From contig AP026125.1 of NCBI GenBank assembly GCA_030295235.1, positions 682,001-746,000 of the forward strand: a DNA stretch of 64,000 nt. The letters run 5' to 3'. Of this stretch, positions 1 through 12,135 are shown piece after piece. The number at the start of each line of letters is the position of its first letter. Within the stretch, counting starts at the first letter, position 1. The notes beneath the pieces were generated by a model, which saw only the letters and a program-made list of their open reading frames with translations, searched no databases and had not been told where the DNA came from. The position numbers and the translations under genes are program-made. Source of the DNA: Fistulifera solaris. Taxonomy: Eukaryota.

Positions 1-753
1 TTGGCTTTGACCCATCCATTCGCACTACAGATACCTGATTCTTCATCTTTCTGTTTGTATTTCGCGAAGTTGTAGTTGATGGCAAACGCTTTCGAGGATT
101 GTGTCGTCTGGATGGCGTTGATCCACTTTTTGGCCGCGGGATTCGACTTGGGAAGCATGAAACCGTCCGTTTCATTCTTTTTCTTCTGAATTTCAGTTGC
201 GGTCTTCTCTTCTTTGGAAGGAACTTTTGTTTCATCTTTCTTCGACGAAGTATTCTTTGCGGTCGGCACGGAGAATGAGGCGATGGGGAGATTCAAATTA
301 AGGAATGGGGGCGTGGTCGATTCCACAGGGGTTTTGGGTACCTTCTTTTGCTTGTTATTATTCAAAGGTGTAGTAGAGCTGGGGTTGACAGTCGTTTCGA
401 CTTTGACTTTCTTTTGGGGTTGGCAAGGGGAGGTCGTCCTCGGAGCGTTTTCCCCTGCGATTTTTTCTTTTTTGCGGCGCTATCTTCGCCTCCCTTATTT
501 CTCGGAGGAGCGAAAGGATCATTCTTGTCGTCATTCTGTTTCGACTTACCCATTTCTGGTTCGCTTTCCGAGCTCACCACAGAACCGTGCTCGGTAACTT
601 TGTGAATGTCGTCGGACGCGTTCACTTCGTGAGAAAACTTACATGAATCACCGTGTCGACAGCCAGCCGCCGTTACAAAAAGGCACACGGCGCCTTTTTC
701 CCGTCAGCTGGTGCAGCGAAAAGCTTGTATTTCTTGTTGCTCATTGTTGACAT
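1..753 (-). CDS. CCCH zinc-finger protein, 5' part (runs off the window start; apparent frameshifts)
   Basis: ATG at 753 (MSTMSNKKYKLF...). After a one-base shift in the T-run near 680 it reads C-x-F-F-VTAAG-C-RHGDS-C-KFS-H (C-x8-C-x5-C-x3-H), then Lys/Pro-rich low-complexity sequence that continues past position 1. Confidence 0.65.
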
Positions 754-1430
754 GTACGTAGTATGCTGTTTATTATCGAAAAGATCTTCGAAATGGGTAC
801 GAAAGAATTTTTTGTTGATCGATGCATGCTTTTATTGGTTGGCCCGCCCTTTCCCGTACAAATGACGGACGGAACAAGGCCGATTGTCTATCCGGTACTA
901 CTATCTCTAGGTCGGAAACAGCTTCTGTACAGCATGTGCCGCATTGGCTTTTGGTCTTGGCACGCGTTCATTCACGCGGGTGACAAAGCGCGCAAAAATC
1001 CTACGCACCCATTTCTGTGATACTACATTGTCTCCTATACAAAGAACAGGAGGCCGCGAAATTGACAAGCACGATTGACGGCGTCGTTCCTTTGTCCATG
1101 AAAATCGTACACTAGCTTCCGTGTAATTTTCCGTTGGAAGATGTTTTACGTTCCGTTCGCACGCTTTGATAGGACTGATTTTCGGTAACAGTAATAAATA
1201 ATTTGAGTCCTCCGAGGAAAACTGTAGTCCGTGGCAGTACTATCGCGCGACTGTTCGCTTTTCTCGTCCGCAACGAAAACCAAAGCTGAACAAACAAGTC
1301 CACTTTTCGGCAGCTTCCACCGCCAAATCAACACAACTCCTTTTGGCTTTTGGACGAAAGGTTGATCCTCGGAGCCGCCAAGCCACACAAAAAAGCTTGT
1401 CATTTCCCCTTTCATCCTCTAAATTCGAAG

Positions 1431-2842
1431 ATGAAGTTTGCGTTAAGAACTACCGCCTGGTTGCTGGCTCTCGGCATCGCCTCGTTGGCTTCCGCTCAAT
1501 CGACGGGTGCCTGCGTCGAAACGATTAACGATATTGCGCTCCGCGAAAGCTTGGTGACGGATACGTCGCTTCTTCGAACGTACACGTTATGCTCCCAAAT
1601 CACTCACACAATTGGGACACTCGACTTGAACTACGATCTGGTTGACGGACAAGTCATGTTGCCCTTACGACCGAACATGAAAATCCAATGCGGCGTCGAC
1701 GGAAAGAAGGAAAACAATTGCTTGATCACCGGAGGAGATATTCAAGTCGACGGCACGTCGCGCTTTGGGATTGGTGCTGACGTGCCTCTGGATAACATTG
1801 AGTTTCAGGGTATCACCTTTCAAAGCAGCTCTCAGTACAGTGTATGGCTGACGCGTCCTGGATCGGTTACCTTTACGGACTGTGTGTTCCGCGTAAGTTC
1901 CTTTCATTGTTGATTAACGGTCGCTGAGTGCTGTATCTGACCCTTGTTGTCTTTCTCTTTTCGTGGTTTCACAGGACAACTCCCAGGCAATTACACCCGT
2001 CTTTCTAGATTATTTCAATCCCTCGAATGCGGCCAGTGAGCTTTCGGTCACCTTCAATCGCTGCCTCTTCGACGCCAACCGATACTTTGGTGAACCCGCC
2101 CAGCCTGCCCTCGTGGTTGGAAATGGAAGACAAAACCGTCTCATCTTTGATAGAACCAAATTTACCAACAACAATATGAAGACTGACTTGGTACGGTTGT
2201 GATGGTTGACTTTTTGCGTTTCGTGTTTTTCTTTTTTAAAAATTTGCTCATCTCCTGCGCTTACAGAATGCAACTATTTCCAGAACCTACAGAAGCTATT
2301 TGGTAGAGACCAACGGTCCCTTGACTATGACGAATAACTGTTTCGAAAACAATCAGATTGGCATCGCACCCGTCGGAGTCTACGGCGGCGAGAATCTCTT
2401 TGCCGGAAACTTTGAATCCATGTCGACCGGTGATATCTGTCCCTTTGTGAGCAACTTTGAAACGGACGAACAATTCGAAGCCAACATGCCCCGATGCAGT
2501 GCATTTGAGTTGAGCGGAACCGGAGCCACTTGTCAAGCCGACGTTCCACCGGGTCCCACGGCCACACCGACTTCGATGCCCAGTTCCTTTCCTTCGTTGG
2601 TGCCCACGGATACGTTTGCGCCTTCGAGTTCGACGGATGCCCCCACGCTGGCTCCTACAGGGAGCCCGGTGGTGGCGCCAGTGGCGGTACCCAATGCCGC
2701 GCCGGCTCCGGATGGCGCTGGACCGGAAGCAGTATTGACTTCTACTCCCACGACAACTTTTGACGGTTTCCCAGACACTTCGAACGCTCGTTCTATGCAG
2801 TCTTTGTCGTTGTTGGGAGTTGCCCTTTTCATTTGGTTGTAA
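1431..2842 (+). CDS. Secreted, probably GPI-anchored cell-surface protein with Pro/Thr-rich stalk (2 introns)
   Basis: Signal peptide MKFALRTTAWLLALGIASLASA; Cys-containing beta-rich region; PT/APV-rich linker; hydrophobic C-terminus (SNARSMQSLSLLGVALFIWL). GT-AG introns at about 1893-1974 and 2191-2266 join three ORFs. Confidence 0.75.
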
Positions 2843-3454
2843 ACGGAGCTTTTTTTGAAGACGAGGCCAAGTGAGAGAAATATAAGTTTTCTTTTAGTCG
2901 CTTGAAGCACTCTATGATAAGACATAAACTATAATACACCAATTGGCGCCTGGTTTTAGCTAATACTCCGTATGATTCAATTGTGAAGAGAAGGATAGAA
3001 TTAGAATGGAGGGAATAATAGCTAAAGCAGGAGCATCATGACACGGTAAAACGAACTGATGTCTCATAGCGTTCCACTTACAATAAGGGATATAGTAGCG
3101 ATCCGTGAGCGCGAGTCATACTCCCAATGTGCCCACAAAGTACAGTACACCGTCTACGTAGCGGACCCGCAAGTCCTTTGTGACCGAGAGGCATTTGCGC
3201 TTTTCGCACCGCGGATGGTGGCCGGAGAGGTTCGGTGTTATTGTGTTGCAAGAACATTGCGCTCTCTATCACCTCAGCCGGTCTGAGACCCTTGTGAAAC
3301 ATCGTGTCAATAGCAGAGAGGCGTCATTGCCGCAGTTGCCCGGGAAAATTCTTGATTTATCAGCTTGGTGGCAGTCATTAATTTCATTGCATTCATTCAT
3401 TGCATTCGAACTCTGTAACCATCGTCGCGTCGATTCCGGCTTCTTGAATTAAAA

Positions 3455-6400
3455 ATGGATTTATTTTCTAAATTAAAAAAGAAAAGCAACACGAATGAGA
3501 AAGGCGAAGATTTGAGAGAAGCGGAAGTTACGCAGAAATTACCAGCATCAAACAAAGATGACGATTTTTGCAATTCGATTGATGCTCTGGTAGATTCGGA
3601 TGCGGAGGGCGCTGATATTTTCGACGACGATGACGAGGATGAAGTCGCGTCAGCAACTCATACCGGAAGCATTCACAGTAAGACGAGCAGGACGAATGAC
3701 TCGGTTACGGCCGAAACCAACTACACCGAGGTCGTTCAGAATTTAGCAACCTCCCCATTTTTATCGCCTTTAGCGGCTAGGGGGAGACCTCAGTACGGGT
3801 TCGTTAGATCTTGATATCAATTTATCTTCGAGGCATTCAAAGCAGTCCATGTCGTCAAAACTTTCATCAAAGGACTCGGTAGTACATGGACTGTCAGAAC
3901 GTTTCGAAGAGCTATCCGTAAAAAGCGATGGACACAACAAAGACGATGACAATGAGTCGAAAACATCTCAAAATGATGACAGAGGTAGCGACAGTGCTGA
4001 GGATTATTCCGACGATGAAGACGAAGGACAGGACGGATACAAACCCGGCGGATATCATCCTGTTAAAGTTGGCGAAGTGTATAATCAAAGGTGCGTGCGT
4101 TTGTGACTATTGAAACACTACATTCGACCTTGCTCAAACACATTTTTTAGATACGTCATCATTAAGAAGCTGGGTTGGGGACATTTTTCCACTGTGTGGA
4201 TGGTGAAAGATCGAAAGGCTATGAAATCGGGCAATAGTGCTCCTTTCTACGCTTTAAAGGTTCAGAAGTCAGCCGAGCATTACACCGAAGCAGCTGTCGA
4301 TGAGGTAGAGTTATTAAACTGCATCGCAACAGAACGAAAGAAAGCGGAATTGAAATTGGCGAATGGGGCATCGAAAGAAGCGGCGATCACTGTAGATCGA
4401 TCTCGTTTTGTGGCCACGTTGCACGATTCGTTCTTTCATTCTGGACCAAATGGGCGGCATATGTGCATGGTCTTTTCCATGCTCGGTTGCAATTTATTGA
4501 CTGTGATCAAAGCTTACAATTATCGTGGTATCCCTGTCGACGCCGTTAAAGTAATGATCCGTGGAGTTTGTAAAGGACTTGATTTTCTGCATCGTAAATG
4601 CCAGGTCATCCACACCGACTTGAAGCCGGAGAACGTCCTGCTGCAATTTCCACATCAAATTGATAAAGACGAAGACTTCGCTTTTGGAGTAGCGGCGCTT
4701 GCTATGGAAAATTCGCACAATATTGAAAGTCACACCGTTGGAACGTCTGTTGAGGATTTAGAGGCAGCTTTAAATGATACGACACTAACACCAGAAGAGC
4801 GCAAAAAGTTGAAAAAGCGTTTGAAGAGGAAGCGGCAAAAGAAAGAAAACAGGCATTTAATAGCAACGACGATTCAGATGACGACGATGACGAGAGTGTC
4901 TCGTCCTTTATCCAAGACTTAGCAGATGAGATGTCCGGCAATGCTAGCTACGCAACATCTGACAAAGAACTCAGCAATTCAATAGGAAAGGAAGCAGAAC
5001 TGATCTTGTCACAAAATCATGTTAGACGAAGAATCGAACGCAATCGCTTTCTCGCGACTAATTTCGGGCCGCAACGGTTAGTTGAATCTGCCTTAACGAG
5101 TATCGCAAAAAAAAGAATAATTGCCAGCAAAGCAGACAGCCAAGAGCTACAGAGATTTTTTTGAAGAAGTTGGTGAATCTGAAATTGCAAGAATATGTAT
5201 TATTTTAAGACAATTTTCGAGCGATGAGGAGCTTTTCGACGCACTGAACTGCAGCCTTGGCGGTGTAAGTTTTGATGGCGTGGGCCAGGAGAGAGAGTGG
5301 CCAATTAAGCTTTCACTGTGTGCTCCGGAATCGACGGACTCGAGTTCACATACATACATCAAGCTCACACAATCATCACCGCTCGATGTTGCCGAAAGTC
5401 AGTATTTCACGGAGCTGGTACATCTTCTCGGAGAAAATTTTAATATCAATGAAGAATCGAATGCATCGGAGTTACCAGATAATACTACTGAAGCACTCTC
5501 TGGTGCTTTTGAAGCGTTTCCATTCGCAATTCTGTCATTGCAGTGTCCAGCTTCGTCGACAATGGTCGGGTTAAGCTTTCTTGAATCCAAACTTCCCGGG
5601 GTGGCTTTTTTGACGTATCGGCGAGATGACGGAGTTCCAAATCTTGACAAGCTAGTTTTTGGGCATCACAACATGAAAATATGCGATCATCCTTTGGCCA
5701 TGCGAATCAATGACGCTCTGTCGCAACCCTTATGTAGCAAGGGAAGTAGCATTTTCGGGTTTGACATGCGGTTGGTCTCCAGTCTTAATGCTTCTCCAGC
5801 GATAGATGATTCCGGACTGACATTTGCCCTGACAGCTGACAATGACGAACTATCTGGAATGTGGGGGCTAGGAATCCGTTGGAACAGCGTGTCCAATCTT
5901 TCTGTGCTATTGATTTGTCAAGCCAACTTATCAATTTAGTGGGTCCAGAAGGTGCACGAGAGTCCCGTAAATTATCTCAAGACACTGACGCAGGATTTCA
6001 GGAAGGCGAAAAGAAATCGCCTGTTGCCGAGATTCAGACCGCTCCTTCGTCGTTTGAAAATTCGACGAATTCTCCGACACCATCCATAACCCAGGTTCCA
6101 GACTTGAAAGATGTCGACATGCTTACGTCTTGCCGGGCAGTAATCGTTGATCTTGGAAACGCATGTTGGACCTACCGCCATTTTAGTGAAGACATTCAAA
6201 CGAGGCAGTACCGTGCACCTGAGGTGCTGATTGGAAGCAAGTATGATACTTCCGCCGATATTTGGTCTCTTGGTTGTATGGTGTTTGAGTTACTGACTGG
6301 CGATCTTCTCTTCGATCCTCGGGCTGGAGAAGACTATGACCGTGACGAGGATCATTTGGCCATGTTCCAGGAGCTTCTTGGTCAAATGCCAAAAAGACTC

Positions 6401-6634
6401 GCTTTAGATGGTAAATATTCCAGGAACTTCTTTGATAAGAAAGGCAATCTACGGCACATCAAGCAACTGAAGTTTTGGCCGATGGAAGACGTATTATCGG
6501 AAAAATATCACTTTCCACGAGATGAAGCAGTAGCAATAGCTGATTTTGTAAGGCCTCTGCTCGATTTCGATCCCAAGACAAGAATGACGGCAGAGCAAGC
6601 TCTTCAATCCGACTGGCTACAATCCATCCCGTAG
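3455..6634 (+). CDS. SRPK: SR protein kinase (SRPK/Sky1 family), split kinase domain
   Basis: Motifs DYKPGGYHPV-like (GYKPGGYHPV), KLGWGHFSTVW, ALKVQKSAEHYTEAA, IHTDLKPENVL, DLGNACW, IQTRQYRAPEV, DEDHLA. Intron about 4091-4150. Long spacer between the lobes; several apparent frameshifts. Confidence 0.93.
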
Positions 6635-6738
6635 CTCGGCAGGCCACGAGTGGATAATTAGTAAAGCCTTTCGTACTTGTCTAAAAAATTAATGAGATAG
6701 TGAAGCGATAGTTGTTTCTCTAAATAACAGGTAAACCT

Positions 6739-8106
6739 TTAAAAATCATTCCTATGCAAGATCCTCGCACCATGTTCTTCATACTCCGCTCTCGAAACCC
6801 ACATGTCCTTAAATGTTGCAAGGCTAGCCAAGATCGATCCACCGACGTAACATGAGTATAGACGCTCCGGAGGTGCTGAAATCCGTATGCGAGTATGGGA
6901 AGGAGACCGTGCCTTCACTTCATACAGTAGACGCTCGCCGAAACCTGGTGTCAGAGTGCTCCCACCGGCAAGAACAATCTGGGAGAAGAGCTTTGGACGC
7001 AAGTCGATGTCACTCTTTTAATAGAATCGACCAGTAGTTCGGCTGCACCGGGTTCTTCGGAACCAAGAAGTGATGGGTCGAAAAGAACACTTGGAGCCAT
7101 GTAGCGCTCCGATGCTAGGGAAATAGCCTGCCCATCAGGGAGTTGATACTGCGTCTTTGACTCTTTCTCGGTTGCGTCGTCGTAGTGGCCAGATGGTGCC
7201 AAATAGCACACCTCTTCTTTCATAAGCTTTACCAGGTCAGCCTCTGCTGTGGTTGTAAAGCTAAGTCCTGCTTTTCGAAGTAAAAGCTGCAGGTGACGAG
7301 TGACTTCTCGTCCGGCAATATCGCTACGAGAAACCGAATGCTGCAGGGCAAACCCTTCATATACGGGTACCGCGTGTGCCACCCCTTCGCCAATATCCAA
7401 AACGACACCCGTAGTGCGACCCGATGCGTACAAACTCAACACCGATGGGGGCGAGAAAAACAAAGCGGGTGCACGAATTGACTCGAAGAAAACTTCCGCG
7501 ATTTTGTCACGATTTCCTCTGTGGTTTAATGGGGCCTCTGTCATCAAGACGGGGTGCTCTTCACGCTTTGCGTTCAGTGACTGCTTCGAATAAACGTGCT
7601 AAACAGAGATTTTGGCAATGTCAGACTGGGCCTTTTCCAGCAGGTCGCAACAAACACTGCATTGAATCTTCCACCTACCTCCCACAAACGCTCCATAGAG
7701 TCCCAACCATTTTCTGTGACAACCCCCTTGTCCATAGGATATTCCAACACGAAAGCACCGCGGTGCTCGTCGAGTTTCCGTCCAACAAAAACAGACGACG
7801 GTCCCAAATCCTGTTCCCCTTCCAAAGCACCGCCCGGCATGATACGCATGTGTTTCGGTCGTCCCACTTTTGTACCTAGAACAAGCTAAAGATACAGCAG
7901 AACGCGTGTGTTAGCTAATGATGAAAAATTCTTACAAGAACGAGGCTATTCCGTTAAAGAGAGGTATTTCTAACATTGCTTACCTTGGGTTTCGAGGACC
8001 CGGCGAAGCCAGCTTTGATAGACGAAGTGCCATTATCAATAACGATCGGCTGATTCAAAAGAAGAGAGCCTACGTCTCCGCCGGTTCCAGGATCTTTATT
8101 ACTCAT
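6739..8106 (-). CDS. ARP1: Actin-related protein 1 (centractin, dynactin subunit)
   Basis: [73 protein letters not shown]. Two introns (about 7983-7887 and 7675-7591); frameshift near 7015. Confidence 0.88.
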
Positions 8107-8506
8107 GGTTAAGTTTGACGTCGATGTTTTGAGGATTGTAGTCTACCTGGTAGCTGGTAAATGAAGTATAATCTGCCTCTCCGATGAACTCGACAAAATA
8201 ACAACGTCCTCCGCCGCCATTATTATGCGCGCCCACGCCATGGCGACCATATTATGTACTCCGTAAAAGTAAATTATGTCCATCCGTTACTCGCATTCCC
8301 CGTAAACGAACTTTCAAGACGACAGTACATTACCGAACGGACATTCCTTGATAAAGCAGGGACGAAAGTAAAAATAAGTGCCGGAGCGATTTACTTGTAC
8401 CAGGTACTTCGGTGGCAACTACTTGCATTCACTTCTTTTCACAACTAACGTGATAAACAAAAGAGCTACGGAGAAACGCTTATTTGACCTGAAGAGACGC
8501 CGCATA

Positions 8507-9121
8507 ATGAAACTGCTCTCTTCAATACCTTTATTCTTAGCTGCGGGATACAGTTGCGCTTTCTCGGTTCGCCCAACAAGTGTTTTCATCAAGTCAATTG
8601 ATTTGACAAAGGACCTTTCGGCGCTTGGCGCACCTCGCCCCTGTGGCTTCCACAGTCGAAGTTGTAGACAACTGGCACGTCAAAGGAATGAGTCTGGTGA
8701 AACTTCAAAGCTAAGCACTCCATTGGACCGCCCAGTTCTCGCCTTGGTCGATGTGGTTTCTCTGCTCACATTTGCGGCGGTCGGTAAAGCAAGTCACACA
8801 CCCGACGGAGCTATTGATCCTATCGCCACAGCTACAGTGGCTTTTCCTTTTCTACTGTCTTGGTTTGTAACCGCTCCTTTTACCGGAGTTTATGCGGAAG
8901 ACGAGCGAGAGGGCAACTTAGTTCTTGAGACTTTTCTGAAACCGGGAAAAGGTTGGATTGTCGCGATTCCCCTTGGCTGCGTGATCAGAGGCATCATTAA
9001 AGGATACGTACCACCAGCACCCTTTGTTATTGTGACGATGGTTGCTACTTTTGTGATTCTTGGCCTGGGTAGACTTCTCTTCGCTATTTTGGAAGATTTC
9101 TTTGTTGAACTTGCTAACTGA
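8507..9121 (+). CDS. Plastid-targeted DUF3054-like membrane protein
   Basis: Bipartite leader (MKLLSSIPLFLAAGYSCA-FSVRP); D...L.FAAVGKASH, TVAFPFLLSW, 4 TM segments, the pattern of DUF3054. Confidence 0.7.
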   Translation: MKLLSSIPLFLAAGYSCAFSVRPTSVFIKSIDLTKDLSALGAPRPCGFHSRSCRQLARQRNESGETSKLSTPLDRPVLALVDVVSLLTFAAVGKASHTPDGAIDPIATATVAFPFLLSWFVTAPFTGVYAEDEREGNLVLETFLKPGKGWIVAIPLGCVIRGIIKGYVPPAPFVIVTMVATFVILGLGRLLFAILEDFFVELAN

Positions 9122-9930
9122 CGCAAAATATAATATTCCTTTTAACCGAACACGACATTAGCCCGAAGCCGCGCTTCTGTGGTATACTTCTGTAAAAAAG
9201 ATACCTAGCAGCATAATTACTTATCATAACAGCATTTTAGTCGAAGTTAGGTATTCGAGGGAACCGTCAAGGAACCGTCATCATCGGGTTCGTGCATGGA
9301 AGCCTAAAAGACCGTCTACAGTCAGTATTTTATAACTTGGAACAAGCGTACATGTGATGCTGTTAGCGGTTAATCAAGTTTACATTGATCAACGCGTGTT
9401 TCGCCTAGACGACTTGACTAGGTTCTAACGTTTACATTCCCTTGACTGGTCCATTCAGGCATGAGCTTTCAAGGTTTCTTTCCGCGTCGTAACGGTTTTA
9501 CTGTTTAATTGCAGAAAGCAGAAAAGCAGCAAGCACGCAGCACACGCACTTTATAAACAAACATGACGACGAGCAAAATCGCCGCATTTATTGCTGTATT
9601 GCAGCGTTGTTGCTCTTCATACTTGTTTCAACAAATATTGATCGCTTGAAGAGGCATTTTCTTTTTACGGGAAAGGATTTTCGCGAATGATCGATTGGGC
9701 AGTATAGTGAACCACGACACCTTCAGTGTGACATTTGTTGTACCTGTCGAAACTTGCCACCGAAAATCCGAGGCAAAGTCAAAAATTAGTCGCCACAAAT
9801 CATGTTGCCTCTAAACCGTGAGGCTTCACCGTCAGCAAATGAATGATTGTAACTAATCCAAGCCGCGAATAGGTTTATCACTTTCATCTCGTCGTCCTGT
9901 CAACTGCTTGTCGCGCAGAAATCCTTTCAA

Positions 9931-11462
9931 GATGTCATCATTGCGAAAGAAGAAAATCCACATCCCCACCGAGAAGCGAAAGAAGACGCTGGAAGTCGCT
10001 TTGAACAACGAAGGAAAATCTCTCGGTGATGATGGTATCAGTTCGGGTGGTGTTCTTTCTCGTTCTGCAAACAAGCGAATTGGAGATGGGCTAAATAATG
10101 CGCTGTCGCTCATCAGCCCTGAGGTGCGCTCGATCTTGTCAACGCCAGCAAAAACCACCCATTCGAAGTCGAAGTCCTTTGTTGAAACTACAATGGAGAT
10201 GATCAACTTCTTTTCGAAGGAGGAGCCAAGTCTCATGGGATGGGGAGACGATGGTCAGCATTTCTATGTCAACACACATGCAAATTTGGGAAGAGTTAGC
10301 TCGGCGATGAAGCCGTTCTTTGATCGTAAGTACCAATGACATATCTGTTGAAAGTCTCATAGTGAACGGACGTCTAATTACTTCTTTGTTGTGAAGATGG
10401 TAATTTCTCTTCGTTTCGTCGTCAGCTTTGTGCGTACAACTTCATTCGCTTACAACAAGGAAGGTAAGTGAAGCAAGTCAATGCTGTTGCCGCAAAAACT
10501 GCATTCTCACGTATCGCACCCTTCTAGATACCGCGGCCACTGGTATCATCCATTATTTCATCGCTTTTCAACCGCGCAAGACATCCTCGAAATACAATCT
10601 AGCCGACGTCGTCGCGGCCAAGGTGTTCGCACATCAGATACTCTATCGGAGCGTTCACGTCGAATCAAAATTCGTCGACCAGGCGACCTTGAACAATCTG
10701 CCCAATCTTCTGTTGAACCGGATGAACAAAGCGGCTTGTGTGATTTTCCAGGATCCGAGTATGCGCACATGCTCGTTCTTGATTCGGTGGCATCGCTTTT
10801 CCCTCTGGAGAGTTTGCAGAAAGATGAAGTCCTCAACGGAGGCTTCGTCAAAAACGTCAATAACGTCTCTTCCGATGTCATTCAACAATCGCAGGAAGGA
10901 CCGAAAGTTGTTGAAAGTGACGGAAGCCGCACGTCTCATGTTATTCCTGTATCTCAGCTGAAAACGGAATTGGTCGAAGACCGCCCTCTTCTCAAGCTAC
11001 CTGTCATGTACGCCGATAAAGCCAAACATCTTCAACCTTCCAATGTTACGCAGTGCGTTTAGTCCACCTGTAAGCCAAGCTGGTGTGTCTGGATTGGTTG
11101 ATTGCTGTGGAGACACTGACGGCGACAAAGAGAACTCGATGGAGGAGTCGAATCTTTATCAGAGCGCATTCGGCCAGTTTTCACCCGCAACTCCAGGCAA
11201 CCTGCTGCCTATGTTCCGTCGCTCCTCTCCATTTGGGTATGAATTTGAACTGACTCGGTTGTTTTGCAGTCCTTGTCGGCAGTGCCCTGGAGCTATTCCG
11301 ACTGAGACTCATAAGCCTATCATGTTTTCTTTCCATGGCAATCCTCCCGCTACCGAACTCACTTCTCCAAATATTCTAATAGAACTGCCAGGCAATCAAA
11401 CGGAGTCGAAACGCGACCATGAATCGGACTCGAAGCCAGCTGCTGTGAAACCCATGGATTGA
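9931..11462 (+). CDS. Heat-shock-factor (HSF)-type DNA-binding protein
   Basis: Splicing introns 10326-10396 and 10464-10527 gives LMGWGDDGQHFYV...PFFDHGNFSSFRRQLCAYNFIRL...GHWYHPLFHR. The C-terminal extent (11062 or 11462) depends on a possible frameshift near 11050. Confidence 0.8.
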
Positions 11463-12135
11463 TGGAATTGTACCCATGCAATGATGACAACGCATGCTCC
11501 CGTGAATGCAAGTGCCTTTCATCGTTTTTTCATAGAACGATTTCTTACAAATCGATCGTATAGCGCACTAAAAATGTCTAGAGTTGAACCTTGAAGCCTT
11601 TTGGAGTATTTCTTAATTCCGTTTTCCTTTCTCCCTAGACCGCGGAGGCGGAGAGACTTGCCTAATAGACCTACAGCTAGCCGTATTTTTTCTAGCCTAC
11701 AGTACAGACCTAGCGTACTAGATTAGTACCGAGTACTTAACTACCTATAGAGAAATTCAAATTGCGCAACCGCTATGTTTCCAATTAGTTCAGTATGTTT
11801 CGAGGACGTTATTGCTTGGTACATCCAGCAAGGTGAACGGAAAAGCCGATCTATGTTTTAGTACCGCTTTGGGAGTGGTGCGCGCGCGATCTCCCTCCTC
11901 ACGAGCTTTGGCGCAGACAACGCGCAAACGCGAGAAGGTCGTCAAAGCGCTTCCTAAAAGCAATCCAAAGAATCCATTCCTGCAAAGCCTCTTTTCCATT
12001 TCCATCCTACATCTTGATTAGGCAGCTTTCTTGGACAACAAGATCTGACAACAACGGGATTTCTATTGGCTTCTGAAGTAATATTCGCTTAGACACAGTT
12101 TGGGATTACTCACAAAGAGAGGATACAGATTGAAC

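Noticed and set aside
11630..11750. CTAG/GTAC-rich stretch as a possible MITE
   Set aside because: No convincing TIR pair or TSD found.
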